Positions 21,346 to 30,180 of a stretch of 51,856 bases of DNA are shown here, in pieces; the stretch's first letter is position 1; each line of letters begins with the position of its first letter. The DNA comes from Myxococcota bacterium. Its GTDB lineage: Bacteria; Myxococcota_A; UBA9160; UBA4427. The notes below the pieces were generated by a model. That model made no database searches and was not told where the DNA came from. It saw only the letters and a list, made by a program, of their open reading frames with translations. The stretch covers positions 1-51,856 of the forward strand of contig JAYZFK010000055.1 of assembly GCA_036336835.1 (NCBI GenBank), in the 5' to 3' direction. Position numbers and translations under genes: made by a program.

Positions 21346-22709
21346 CGCCTCCGCCTCCTGCGACGGCTGTCGCCGATATGGCTCAGTCGTCGCCCGCGTT
21401 CCAGGACTCGAAGATCAATCGGGACATCCTGAACCCGACTCGCTACGTCTCGCTGCCCTGGTTGGGGCTGTTGTTGCTGGCGGTCCTGGGCGTGGGCCAG
21501 GCTGTCTTCTCGCTTGGCTACCAGACTTACGTCGGCCTGGGCGTGGCCGGCTATCAGGCGCCTGTCTTCTGGGCCGTCTACATCATCACATTCGTCTTCT
21601 GGATCGGAATCGGTCACGCCGGCACGCTGATCTCGGCGATCCTGTTCCTGTTCCGCGCCAAGTGGCGCAACGCGATCAACCGTGGCGCCGAAGCGATGAC
21701 GGTGTTCGCTGTTCTCACGGCGGCGCTGTTCCCGCTGATTCACATCGGCCGGCTCTGGAAGTTCTACTTCCTGATTCCGTATCCGAATCAGCGGGGCCTG
21801 TGGGTGAACTTCAAGAGCCCGCTGCTGTGGGACGTGTTCGCGATCAACACCTACATGACGATCTCGATCGTCTTCTTCTACGTAGGCCTGATCCCGGACA
21901 TTGCGGTCGCGCGCGATCGCTCGACGGGTCTCAAGCGGGTCATCTACGCGATCCTTTGCCTCGGCTGGCAGGGCACCTCGGGCCAGTGGAAGGCGCACAC
22001 CCGCACAGTGCTCCACCTGTCGGGTCTGGCGACGCCGCTGGTGCTGTCAGTGCACTCGGTCGTGTCCTGGGACTTTGCGATGTCCATCATCCCCGGGTGG
22101 CACGCCACGATCTTCGCGCCGTACTTCGTGGCGGGCGCGATCTTCGGCGGCTTCGCGATGGTACTGACGGTGATGATCCCGTCGCGTCGGATCTTCGGCC
22201 TCGAGGCATATATCACCGACTACCACTTCGAGAATATGTCGCGCTTCATCCTGTTTACGTCGTGGATCGTCGGGTACGCATACGGGATGGAGTACTTCAT
22301 TGCCTGGTACAGCGGTGTCGAAGCAGAGCAGACGAGCTTCTTCCTGCGCGCCTTCGGTCCATACTGGGTCAGCACCTGGATCATGATCAGTGCCAACTGC
22401 ATCTTCCCGCAGCTCTTGTGGTTCAAGAAATTGCGTACGCACGTTCCGACGCTGTTCGTGTTGTCGGTGATCATCAACATCGGGATGTGGTTCGAACGCT
22501 ACGTCATCATCATCACGTCGACGTCGCGTGATTTCATTCCGGGGGCGTGGGGCTTGTACATCCCGAGCCCGGTCGAGCTCTCGATCCTGGCGGGCAGCTT
22601 CTGCTGGTTCGCGATGTTCTTCCTGCTCTTCATCAAGTTCTTCCCGATCATCGCAATCACCGAGGTCAAGGAACTCGCGATTCACGAGAAGTACGGGGGG
22701 GCGCACTGA
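21342..22709 (+). CDS. actC: ACIII NrfD/PsrC-type quinol-binding membrane subunit
   Basis: FVFWIGIGHAGTLISAIL, NFKSPLLWD, PLVLSVHSVVSWDFA, PGWHATIFAPYFVAGAI; ATGA overlap with actB. Confidence 0.95.
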   Translation: MTPPPPATAVADMAQSSPAFQDSKINRDILNPTRYVSLPWLGLLLLAVLGVGQAVFSLGYQTYVGLGVAGYQAPVFWAVYIITFVFWIGIGHAGTLISAILFLFRAKWRNAINRGAEAMTVFAVLTAALFPLIHIGRLWKFYFLIPYPNQRGLWVNFKSPLLWDVFAINTYMTISIVFFYVGLIPDIAVARDRSTGLKRVIYAILCLGWQGTSGQWKAHTRTVLHLSGLATPLVLSVHSVVSWDFAMSIIPGWHATIFAPYFVAGAIFGGFAMVLTVMIPSRRIFGLEAYITDYHFENMSRFILFTSWIVGYAYGMEYFIAWYSGVEAEQTSFFLRAFGPYWVSTWIMISANCIFPQLLWFKKLRTHVPTLFVLSVIINIGMWFERYVIIITSTSRDFIPGAWGLYIPSPVELSILAGSFCWFAMFFLLFIKFFPIIAITEVKELAIHEKYGGAH

Positions 22710-23215
22710 TGCCGACTCTGCTGAGTGTGTTCGACCGGCCGCAGGACGTGGCCGCCGTCGTCACCAAGCTCAAGGGCCGAGGCTTCAACGACCTCGAGAC
22801 CTACTCCCCCGCGCCGTTCGAGGAGATCGAAGATGCGGTCGATCCGAGGCCGAGTCCGGTGCGGCTGTTTACGCTGATCGGCGGCCTCGCGGGCGTCGTG
22901 ACGGGCTTCGCCATGCAGATCTGGATGTCGCTCGACTGGCCCCTGAAGATCGCCGGCAAGCCCTACGCGTCGATCCCGCCCTACGTGATCATCGGCTTCG
23001 AGCTTACGATCCTGTTCGGCGGTCTGCTGACACTGGTTGGCCTGTTGTTTGTCGGCAGGCTGTATCCCCGCTTCCGGCTCGACCCCGCCTACAGCATGCG
23101 CTTCTCGGCCGAGGAGTTTGGCATCGTGGTGACCTGCAAGGACCGTGATGTCTCCGAAGTGGACGCGCTGATGCGCTCGAACTCGGCGAAGGAGGTGTCC
23201 CTTGTCGATGCGTAG
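22709..23215 (+). CDS. actD: ACIII subunit D (DUF3341)
   Basis: ETYSPAP, DWPLKIAGKP, IGFELTILFG, FSAEEFGI; TGATG overlap with actC. Confidence 0.9.
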   Translation: MPTLLSVFDRPQDVAAVVTKLKGRGFNDLETYSPAPFEEIEDAVDPRPSPVRLFTLIGGLAGVVTGFAMQIWMSLDWPLKIAGKPYASIPPYVIIGFELTILFGGLLTLVGLLFVGRLYPRFRLDPAYSMRFSAEEFGIVVTCKDRDVSEVDALMRSNSAKEVSLVDA

Positions 23216-23777
23216 CTGTGCCGTCGCCGTCGCGGCGCTGACCCTGGCATCCGCGGGCTGTTGGGAGCAGGTCGATGGCGGCAAGTGGTTCCCGCAGATG
23301 AAGCGGCAGCTGGCCGTGCAGGCCTTCGAAGAGAACGCGATCTACCACGATGAGTACGGGGGCCAGCTGCAGGGCTTCACGCCGCCCGAGGGCACCGTGC
23401 CGGTGAGCTATGCCGGGGTGCCGGATCTCCGCTCCCTCGACATGGCGGGTCAGGATGCGGTTGCGAACCCGGTGCCGCGCACGCTGGCGTCGTTGCGCCG
23501 CGGTCAGCAGCTCTACGATCGCTATTGCGAGACCTGCCACGGGTCCGAGGGCGGGGGCGACGGTCCGGTGGCCGGTCCGCCGTTCGGGATCGGCCCCTTC
23601 GGTCTGGTGCTGCCGATCGGCGGTCCGGCGAGTCTGGCCCGGGCGCTCACCGACGGACACATCTACACGACGATCTCGCTCGGCCGTGGGCGAATGCCGA
23701 ACTACTCGCGCATCAACCCCGAGGATCGCTGGAACGTCGTGAACTACGTGCGCGAGCTGAACGGAGGCGGCCAGTGA
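23208..23777 (+). CDS. actE: ACIII monoheme cytochrome c lipoprotein
   Basis: Lipobox SAGC; PPEGTVP, one CETCH, DGHIY..I..G.GRMP.Y, DRWNVVNYVREL. Confidence 0.9.
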   Translation: MRSCAVAVAALTLASAGCWEQVDGGKWFPQMKRQLAVQAFEENAIYHDEYGGQLQGFTPPEGTVPVSYAGVPDLRSLDMAGQDAVANPVPRTLASLRRGQQLYDRYCETCHGSEGGGDGPVAGPPFGIGPFGLVLPIGGPASLARALTDGHIYTTISLGRGRMPNYSRINPEDRWNVVNYVRELNGGGQ

Positions 23778-25099
23778 GTTCCTCGATCGTGGATGTGGAG
23801 AAGGCCACCCTGCGCGCCCTCCCGCAGCCGCTGACCGCGATCTGCTCGATCGCCGCCGTCGCGGGTGCCGCGGCGTTCGCATACGGTGTGTCGGCCGAGC
23901 CCGAAATCACCTGGCTGTCCTTCCAGTCGAACTGGGTCTTCTTCGCGACACTCGGGCAGGCCGGCGTGATCCTGTCGTGCATCTTCACGCTGGTGAACGC
24001 GCGCTGGCCCGGGCCGCTGCGCCGGATCGCCGAAGGCTTCGGTGCTTGGGTGCCGGCGACGCTGATTCTGTTCTGCATCTCGTGGCTGGCCGGCTCGGGC
24101 GAGTTCCTGTTCGAATGGCAGCGCGAGGGCGCCGTGCACGGCAAGGAGTCGTGGCTCAATCCGACGCGCCTGTGGTGGACCGATTTCGGGATCCTGGCCG
24201 TGATGACACTGCTGAGTGTTGCATTTCTGCGCGCTTCGGTCCGTCCGACGCTAGGCAACGCCGCATCGACCGCGACGGGCTTCGCGCGGATGATGGCCGA
24301 GCGCTTGACCGCCGGATGGCGTGGCGATGCCGAGGAGGTCGAAGCCGCCGAGGCGCGCAAGCGCTCGCTCGCGCCGATCACCACGCTGCTGTTCGCGTTC
24401 GGCTACAGCGTGTTGATTTTCGACCAGGTGATGTCGATGGAGCAGACCTGGTACTCGAACCTGTTCGGTGCGTACGTGATCTGGGGCGGTATCCTGGCGG
24501 CCATCGCCGGGATGGCGCTGGTGTCGGTGCTGCTCCGCAACTCACCCGATCTGGGCGTGCACATGACCGAGAAGCGGCGCCACGATATCGGCAAGCTGCT
24601 GTTCGCCTTCTCGATCTTCTGGATGTACCTCTTCTTCTCGCAGTACCTGGTGATCTGGTTCGGCAACCTGCCCGAGGAGACGCTCTATCTCCGCGACCGG
24701 CTCGGCCCGCAATTCGTGATCGACAAGGGCTTCAGCGAGGCCGCCTGGGACCGCGCCTGGATCAGCTGGGACTTCGACTTCGCTCGACTGAACGAGGCCT
24801 ACGGCTGGACGTCGATGGTCGTCTGGACCTGCTGCTGGATCGTTCCGTTCTGGGTGCTGCTCGGCCAGTACCCGAAGAAGAACCCGTACATCCTCGGTAC
24901 CGTCGCCACGATCGTGCTGGTCGGCCTGTGGGTCGAGCGCAATCTGCTGATCTGGCCGTCGGTGATCAAGGACGGCGGCTTCGTCTGGTTCGGAAGCCTG
25001 CAGATGCTGATCGCAGTGGGCTTCCTGGGCGCATTCTCGCTCGTGTTCCTGGTGTACACACGCGTGTTCCCGTCGCTGGCGCTTCCCGAGTCGGACTGA
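23774..25099 (+). CDS. actF: ACIII membrane subunit F
   Basis: Multi-TM; RRIAE, MSMEQTWYSNLFG, HDIGKLLFAFSIFWMYLFFSQYLVIWFGNLPEE; GTGA overlap with actE. Confidence 0.9.
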   Translation: MSSSIVDVEKATLRALPQPLTAICSIAAVAGAAAFAYGVSAEPEITWLSFQSNWVFFATLGQAGVILSCIFTLVNARWPGPLRRIAEGFGAWVPATLILFCISWLAGSGEFLFEWQREGAVHGKESWLNPTRLWWTDFGILAVMTLLSVAFLRASVRPTLGNAASTATGFARMMAERLTAGWRGDAEEVEAAEARKRSLAPITTLLFAFGYSVLIFDQVMSMEQTWYSNLFGAYVIWGGILAAIAGMALVSVLLRNSPDLGVHMTEKRRHDIGKLLFAFSIFWMYLFFSQYLVIWFGNLPEETLYLRDRLGPQFVIDKGFSEAAWDRAWISWDFDFARLNEAYGWTSMVVWTCCWIVPFWVLLGQYPKKNPYILGTVATIVLVGLWVERNLLIWPSVIKDGGFVWFGSLQMLIAVGFLGAFSLVFLVYTRVFPSLALPESD

Positions 25100-25168
25100 T
25101 CGCCACAAGCCCTCGCGCGCGCGGCCACACCGCGTCTCGCCCAGCGTGGCGCGCGCTATGCTCGACGG

Positions 25169-26650
25169 GTGCGTTCCAGCCGAACCCGAGCCCCGTTCGA
25201 GCTGGTCGTTCGCGAAGGCGACGAGCTGTTCGAGCTGACTCGCCGCGGCCACTACCTGCTGCTCTCGGAGTCGGGTCTGTACCTCGGGCGCCTTCGCAAC
25301 TCGCAGCGCGCTCGCTTCGTCCCGTGGAGTTCGCTGACCCACCTCGTGATCGGCAAGCGGTCGCTGTGGCTCGGAACGGGGAGCACCGTGCGCCTGATCA
25401 CGCACGGACGCCGCAGCCCGCTGTCGTTCCAGCACATCGCTCAGCGGATCGAGCGGCGGATCGCGCGCCTGCCGGGAGGGATTGGGCAGCTCTCGCGGAT
25501 GCGAGAGATCGACGAGCGCGCGCGCCGGGCCACGGCGCCTTGGGTCACGATCGCGGTCGTGGGGCTGTGCATCGCCATGCATCTGATGCAGATCTCGGAC
25601 AGTCTGGTCTCCGAGGCCGGCATCTTCGTGCGCGAGCTTCTCGGGGAAGGAGAGCTGTGGCGCATCGTGACGCCCCACTTCCTGCACGACGAGACGTGGT
25701 TCTTCGTCTCGCCGGAGGCCGCCGTGGGGATCCCGTTGATCCTGCGCTTCCCGTCGCACATCGCGCTCAACTGCATGGGGATGCTGCTCCTGGGGCACCT
25801 CGTCGAGCAGCCGCTCGGCAGCGCGCGGACGATCTTCGTCCTAGCGCTGGCGGCGTTCGGAGCGATCTTCGTCACCGCAGTCGTCTCCGGGGAGCAGGTG
25901 CTCGGGGCCTCGGGGATGGTGCTCGGCCTCGCGGGTGCCGTGCTCGCGCTCGAGCTGAACGCGCCCGAGCGCCTGCCCGCAAACTGGCGGATTCGGCGAG
26001 GCCTGCTGATCGGAGCGCTCGCCGTCGAGCTGGTCGCGGGATTCACGCTGACATTCATCGCCGGCTGGGCACACCTGGGTGGCTTCCTGGGCGGTTATCT
26101 CGCGGCGAGGATCGTGGCGCGCGGAGCCCTTCGTGAGCGTGTCGCCGGCGGCTGGCTGCGTTCCGCCGCCATCGCCGTCGTTGCGTCGGTCGCGATCTCG
26201 TTTGCGGCGGCAGCGCCGCTGGTGCTGCGCATGGGCTGGGCCCTCGATCGCCACGCCCGGAACATCCTGGCGCTCGAGCGCGTCGGCGCGGTCACCCTCA
26301 ACAACCTCGCCTGGCGCATTGCGACCGAGACCGACGGCTTTGCCCAGGCGTCAACGCGTGCACTCGAGCTCGCCGAACGAGCGGTCGCGGAGACCGAGCG
26401 CGCCAACCCCGATTACCTCGATACGCTGGCCGAGGTGCACTTCCTGACGGGCGACGCACGCTCCGCGATCCTCACCATCGACGAGGCGATCCAGATCGCA
26501 CCCTGGGACGAGTACTTCCGCGAGCAGCGCGACCGCTTCGTCGGGCTGCGCGCTGCCGACGATCGGCCGGAGTCTCCAGCGCTGCCATGGCTGCTGCGTG
26601 GTCCCGCGGAGCCGCCGCCGTGGGACGACGGAACCGGCGTCGAGATCTGA
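25169..26650 (+). CDS. Rhomboid intramembrane serine protease with C-terminal TPR-like region
   Basis: WRIVTPHFLH, HIALN, catalytic GASG and AHLGG; TPR-like LNNLAW...YLDTLAEVHF. Confidence 0.85.
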   Translation: MRSSRTRAPFELVVREGDELFELTRRGHYLLLSESGLYLGRLRNSQRARFVPWSSLTHLVIGKRSLWLGTGSTVRLITHGRRSPLSFQHIAQRIERRIARLPGGIGQLSRMREIDERARRATAPWVTIAVVGLCIAMHLMQISDSLVSEAGIFVRELLGEGELWRIVTPHFLHDETWFFVSPEAAVGIPLILRFPSHIALNCMGMLLLGHLVEQPLGSARTIFVLALAAFGAIFVTAVVSGEQVLGASGMVLGLAGAVLALELNAPERLPANWRIRRGLLIGALAVELVAGFTLTFIAGWAHLGGFLGGYLAARIVARGALRERVAGGWLRSAAIAVVASVAISFAAAAPLVLRMGWALDRHARNILALERVGAVTLNNLAWRIATETDGFAQASTRALELAERAVAETERANPDYLDTLAEVHFLTGDARSAILTIDEAIQIAPWDEYFREQRDRFVGLRAADDRPESPALPWLLRGPAEPPPWDDGTGVEI

Positions 26651-26689
26651 GGCGCCGAGGGCCAGCTCCGGCCCCCCAGGAGGCTTCTG

Positions 26690-27655
26690 CTACGGCCAGA
26701 CGTCTTCGCTGTCTTCGGGGACCAGTACGTCGCCGTCGAAGCGCCGGCCCACGATCGTCTTGAAGCGGAAGTCGTAGAGCGGCGGGGGGCGAAGCCTGAC
26801 CAGCGCCAGGGCGCTCACCCGGGCGCGCTGCGCGATCGGACCGATATCGTTGATCGAGACGTGCAGTGGGCGCTCGCGGTCCAGCGGGGCGAGGTCGAGT
26901 TCGATACCGGCGTTCTCGGCGTCCTCGGCAGTCGGGATGAACACGGCCTCGTGCACCAGCAGCGATGCCCCGTCGGCAAACGCGACCAGAGCATCCACGC
27001 CCCAGCCCGTGCCGGCGACTACGACGCGGTGGGCGTTCCGCTGAAAGCTCCACGCGAGGCCCGGCAGGGGGCCGCCGGGGATCTCCGCTGCGCTGAGCGT
27101 GATCTGGCCCTGCTCCTCGCGGAAGTCGCCAAGGGTCTCCAGGACGTCGAAGGTCGCGCCCGCTGCCGGCAGCCCGAGCGGGTCCGCAAGCGCGGCTACG
27201 GCGCCCGCGTGCGCCCGCTCGAGCGCGCGTGCAAAGACCTGCGTACCCGGCGGCCCGATCAGTCGGAGAGGCTGCGAGCGGCCCTGTCTGAAGCCGGTCA
27301 GCAGCAGGTCATCGAGGCCGGTGGTGTTCTCGGGAAGCAAGCTCGTCAGCAGCACCGTGGTCGGTTGGACGACCGGGATGGCGGCCGCGCGCAGGCCCTC
27401 GGCGATCCCGCGTCCCGCGTCGACCAGCCAGAGACTCTGGCCGGCCCCGACGGCGATGCAGGGGCCGCGTCGGGTGGGGTTTTCGTAGGCGGTGCCGGTC
27501 CCGATGGCGACCACCTCGAGCGGCCCGAAGACGCGCGGCTCGAGCTGGATGATCTCGTCGCCGCGCTCGGCGGCGCGCCAGAGCACGAACGAGGCACACC
27601 AGCTGAGCAGCAGGGCGCCGCCGGCGATCGCGAAGAAGAAGAGGCGGATGTTCAC
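26690..27655 (-). CDS. Membrane-anchored RNase Z / MBL-fold protein with degenerate metal-binding motifs
   Basis: IGTG, LVDAGRG, IGPPGT and LLVHEA retained; HxHxDH position reads SLLPEN; N-terminal TM helix. Confidence 0.75.
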   Translation of the reverse strand: MNIRLFFFAIAGGALLLSWCASFVLWRAAERGDEIIQLEPRVFGPLEVVAIGTGTAYENPTRRGPCIAVGAGQSLWLVDAGRGIAEGLRAAAIPVVQPTTVLLTSLLPENTTGLDDLLLTGFRQGRSQPLRLIGPPGTQVFARALERAHAGAVAALADPLGLPAAGATFDVLETLGDFREEQGQITLSAAEIPGGPLPGLAWSFQRNAHRVVVAGTGWGVDALVAFADGASLLVHEAVFIPTAEDAENAGIELDLAPLDRERPLHVSINDIGPIAQRARVSALALVRLRPPPLYDFRFKTIVGRRFDGDVLVPEDSEDVWP

Positions 27656-28530
27656 GCGAACACGACCGTTCGGTTCTGGCAGACCATCACGCGATCTTCG
27701 AGATGCCAGCGCACGGCGCGCGATAGCACGCTGCGCTCGACGTCTCGGCCCTTGCGCACCAGGTCGTCGATGGAGTCGGCGTGTGAGCAGCTGATCACGT
27801 CCTGCTCGATGATCGGGCCTTCGTCGAGGTCCGTCGTCGCGTAGTGCGCCGTGGCGCCGATGCGCTTGACGCCGCGCTCGTAGGCGCGATGGTAGGGCCG
27901 GCTGCCGGTGAAGGCCGGTAGGAACGAGTGGTGGATGTTGATGATTCGCGACGGGAACCGCTCGATGAACTCGCCCGTCAGTACTTGCATGTAGCGCGCC
28001 AGCACGATCAGATCGATCTCTCGCTGCTCGAGCAGCGAGATTTCACGCTCCTCCTGTTCGCACTTGGTCTGCTTCGTGATCGGGAAGACGTGATAGTCGA
28101 TCCCGAACTGGCGCGAGATCGATTCGAGGTCGGGGTGGTTGCTCACGACGAGCGCGATCTCGCAGCGCAGCTCGCCTGCTCGGTGGCGCAGTAACAGGTC
28201 CCACAGACAGTGGTCGTACTTCGACACGAAGATGGCGATACGCTTGGGCCGCTCCGCGAGGTGCAGCCGCCACTGCATCTCGAATGGCTCGGCCACCTCC
28301 GCGATGGCGCGCTCGAGACCCCCCCGATCGGTGTTCAGACCCGTCCCGTCGAAGTGGATGCGCTGGAAGAACATCCGGGCCTGCCGGTCGGTGTGTTGGT
28401 CGGCGTCGAGGATGTTGACGCCGAGGCCGTACAGCTGCTGGGCCAGCGAGGCAACCAGCCCCGGACGGTCTTTGCACCACACCAGCAGGACACCGCTGCG
28501 ATCGAGATTCTTCTGTGCTTCCGGGGACAT
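27652..28530 (-). CDS. purU: Formyltetrahydrofolate deformylase
   Basis: ACT domain CKDRPGLVA, VSKYDHCL, LARYMQVL, INIHHSFLPAF, GATAHY, LDEGPIIEQD. Confidence 0.97.
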   Translation of the reverse strand: MSPEAQKNLDRSGVLLVWCKDRPGLVASLAQQLYGLGVNILDADQHTDRQARMFFQRIHFDGTGLNTDRGGLERAIAEVAEPFEMQWRLHLAERPKRIAIFVSKYDHCLWDLLLRHRAGELRCEIALVVSNHPDLESISRQFGIDYHVFPITKQTKCEQEEREISLLEQREIDLIVLARYMQVLTGEFIERFPSRIINIHHSFLPAFTGSRPYHRAYERGVKRIGATAHYATTDLDEGPIIEQDVISCSHADSIDDLVRKGRDVERSVLSRAVRWHLEDRVMVCQNRTVVFA

Positions 28531-28579
28531 GGAGCGGGCAAGATAGCATCGCCTGCCGCTCCGGCGGCGTTTTGGGCTG

Positions 28580-28608
28580 TGGACCGTGCCGCCCGGCTCC
28601 GATACGTT
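28580..28608 (+). promoter_or_regulatory. Putative promoter divergent from purU, pointing into an unannotated region
   Basis: TGGACC-N17-TACGTT. Confidence 0.4.
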
Positions 28609-28609
28609 G

Positions 28610-28950
28610 AGGACAGGGGGTTTCACTCACCTCCGAGTCTCGCTTGCGGTGCCGAAGGTGCTTGTGAGTGAGGCGGCCCGAGGGGGCGGGAACGGCGCCC
28701 ACCCTTGATCGGGAGCCGGCCGCGGGGACTGGGCCTCGCGGTTGTCACTGCGATGCCGAGACGAGGAGGTACGAAATTGCATCAAACTAGCACTACGGCG
28801 AGTGAGGTGGCGGCGTCCTGACGCCGAACATCGTCGTCGATCGATCGATCTCGGTGATGCGGGGACGCAGGTTCCCAGCGCCACCGCCCCCGGGAGTGCG
28901 GATGCCGTAGCCGCTCTGGGGTCCGACAGGGCCTACTCCCGGGGCGTTTC
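28610..28950 (+). ncRNA. Candidate structured RNA / sORF transcript, family unidentified
   Basis: Upstream promoter, stems 28623-28630/28664-28671 and 28888-28897/28935-28944, internal GAGGAGGT SD; no credible long CDS. Confidence 0.3.
28777..28821 (+). CDS. Candidate 14-aa small ORF (MHQTSTTASEVAAS)
   Basis: GAGGAGGT SD 6 nt before TTG; alternative in-frame ATG at 28753. Confidence 0.3.
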   Translation: MHQTSTTASEVAAS

Positions 28951-29005
28951 GTTCCGGCCCCGTTTTGCCGACGTCCGACTACAGCCGGGCGTTCTGGCCA
29001 AGATG

Positions 29006-30112
29006 TCAATGGCTGCTCAGCGCTTCCCCAAAGACATCACACAGCAGGTCGGTGGAGCGCTTCCAGGAAAACTCCGCCGCGCGCGCCCGGCCGAGCTCGA
29101 CCCGGGCCCGCGTGCCTGCGGCGTCGCGAAGCGCGCCGTCGACTGCAGCGGCGAGAGCCGCCGGGTCGTTGGGGTCGAAGTAGCACGCCACGTCCCCCGC
29201 CACCTCGCGCAAGGACGCGATGTCCGACGCAATCACCGGTGTCTCGGCCAGCATGGCTTCGAGCAGTGGATGCCCGAAGCTCTCGAGCAGTGACGGGAAC
29301 ACCATCGCGACAGCGCCCCTGTGGTAGTGCAGGATGTGCTCGTACGGAACCGGCCCGAGCAGGCGCACTCGCGCCCCGAGCGAGAGCTCTTCGATCCGGC
29401 GCTGGACCGAACGCACGTATTCCGGGCAGACGTCCGTGGTGCCCGCGATCCACACCTCGAGATCGGGATCCTCGAGCAACGGAACCGCTTCGACGAGAGC
29501 CAGCACGTTCTTGTGGTCCTCGACCGCTGAGGGCAGGAAGAGGTATCGCGCGTCCGGCGCGGTCGCCTGCGCGACGGCCTCGAACACCCCTCGCGCGATG
29601 CCGTGCGGCACCACGCGTACGCGCTCCTCGGGGATCGTGATGCGCTGGCGGATCAGGTCGGCGGCGGCGCGCGTCGGGACCACCACGCGGCGCGCCCGGC
29701 GCAGCCCGATGCGCACCAGTCGCTCGAGCGTCTTGAAGCGCGTGTTGTTGAAGAAGCGACGGTCGTAGATGTTGAGGTTGCGCAGCGCGACGACCGTCGG
29801 CACCGGGGACCAGGCGGGCGCCACGTCGGCGATGCAGTAGAGCAGATCGAAGCGGCGCGCCCGGAACGGGAGCCCCGTCTCCTCGTAGAGCAGGCGCAGC
29901 ACGCTGCGCACCGCGGACTTCCCCAGCAGGTCGAGCGTTATCCGCGGCAGCCCGCAGGCCTCCTGCTCGCTGAGTTGGTCCGCGGCACACAATACGCTGA
30001 AGTCGTAGCCGCGATCGTCGTCGGCAATCGCGCGCAGCAGGTTGCGGATATACGCACGCCCCCCGCCCGCGGTCACCGAGACAGCGTTGATCAGAATGCG
30101 CGGACGCGACAC
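29006..30112 (-). CDS. Glycosyltransferase family 4
   Basis: RVVPHGI, HKN, FPSLLESFGHPLLEAM, VIASD..SLREVAGD. Confidence 0.92.
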   Translation of the reverse strand: MSRPRILINAVSVTAGGGRAYIRNLLRAIADDDRGYDFSVLCAADQLSEQEACGLPRITLDLLGKSAVRSVLRLLYEETGLPFRARRFDLLYCIADVAPAWSPVPTVVALRNLNIYDRRFFNNTRFKTLERLVRIGLRRARRVVVPTRAAADLIRQRITIPEERVRVVPHGIARGVFEAVAQATAPDARYLFLPSAVEDHKNVLALVEAVPLLEDPDLEVWIAGTTDVCPEYVRSVQRRIEELSLGARVRLLGPVPYEHILHYHRGAVAMVFPSLLESFGHPLLEAMLAETPVIASDIASLREVAGDVACYFDPNDPAALAAAVDGALRDAAGTRARVELGRARAAEFSWKRSTDLLCDVFGEALSSH

Positions 30113-30180
30113 GCGCGCAGCGTAGCACCGGGCCGATCGGCAGAGCGATCGCGGCGCTGCGTTGTCGAGTCGTCAGGCTG

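Noticed and set aside
28610..29005. tmRNA, RNase P RNA, SRP RNA, or ZTP/glycine riboswitch near purU
   Set aside because: Only fragments resemble them (gatgccgag, gacgcaggttc, ccgaaggtgc). There is no GGTTCRANTCC T-arm with CCA end, no GAGGAAAGTCC, no SRP GGAA loop motif and no ZTP GCCTGGGC pseudoknot strand on the purU strand.
28742..29293. 183-aa plus-strand ORF in the purU-GT4 gap
   Set aside because: Arg-rich, no recognisable motif, no SD, and half of it is antisense to the GT4 gene.
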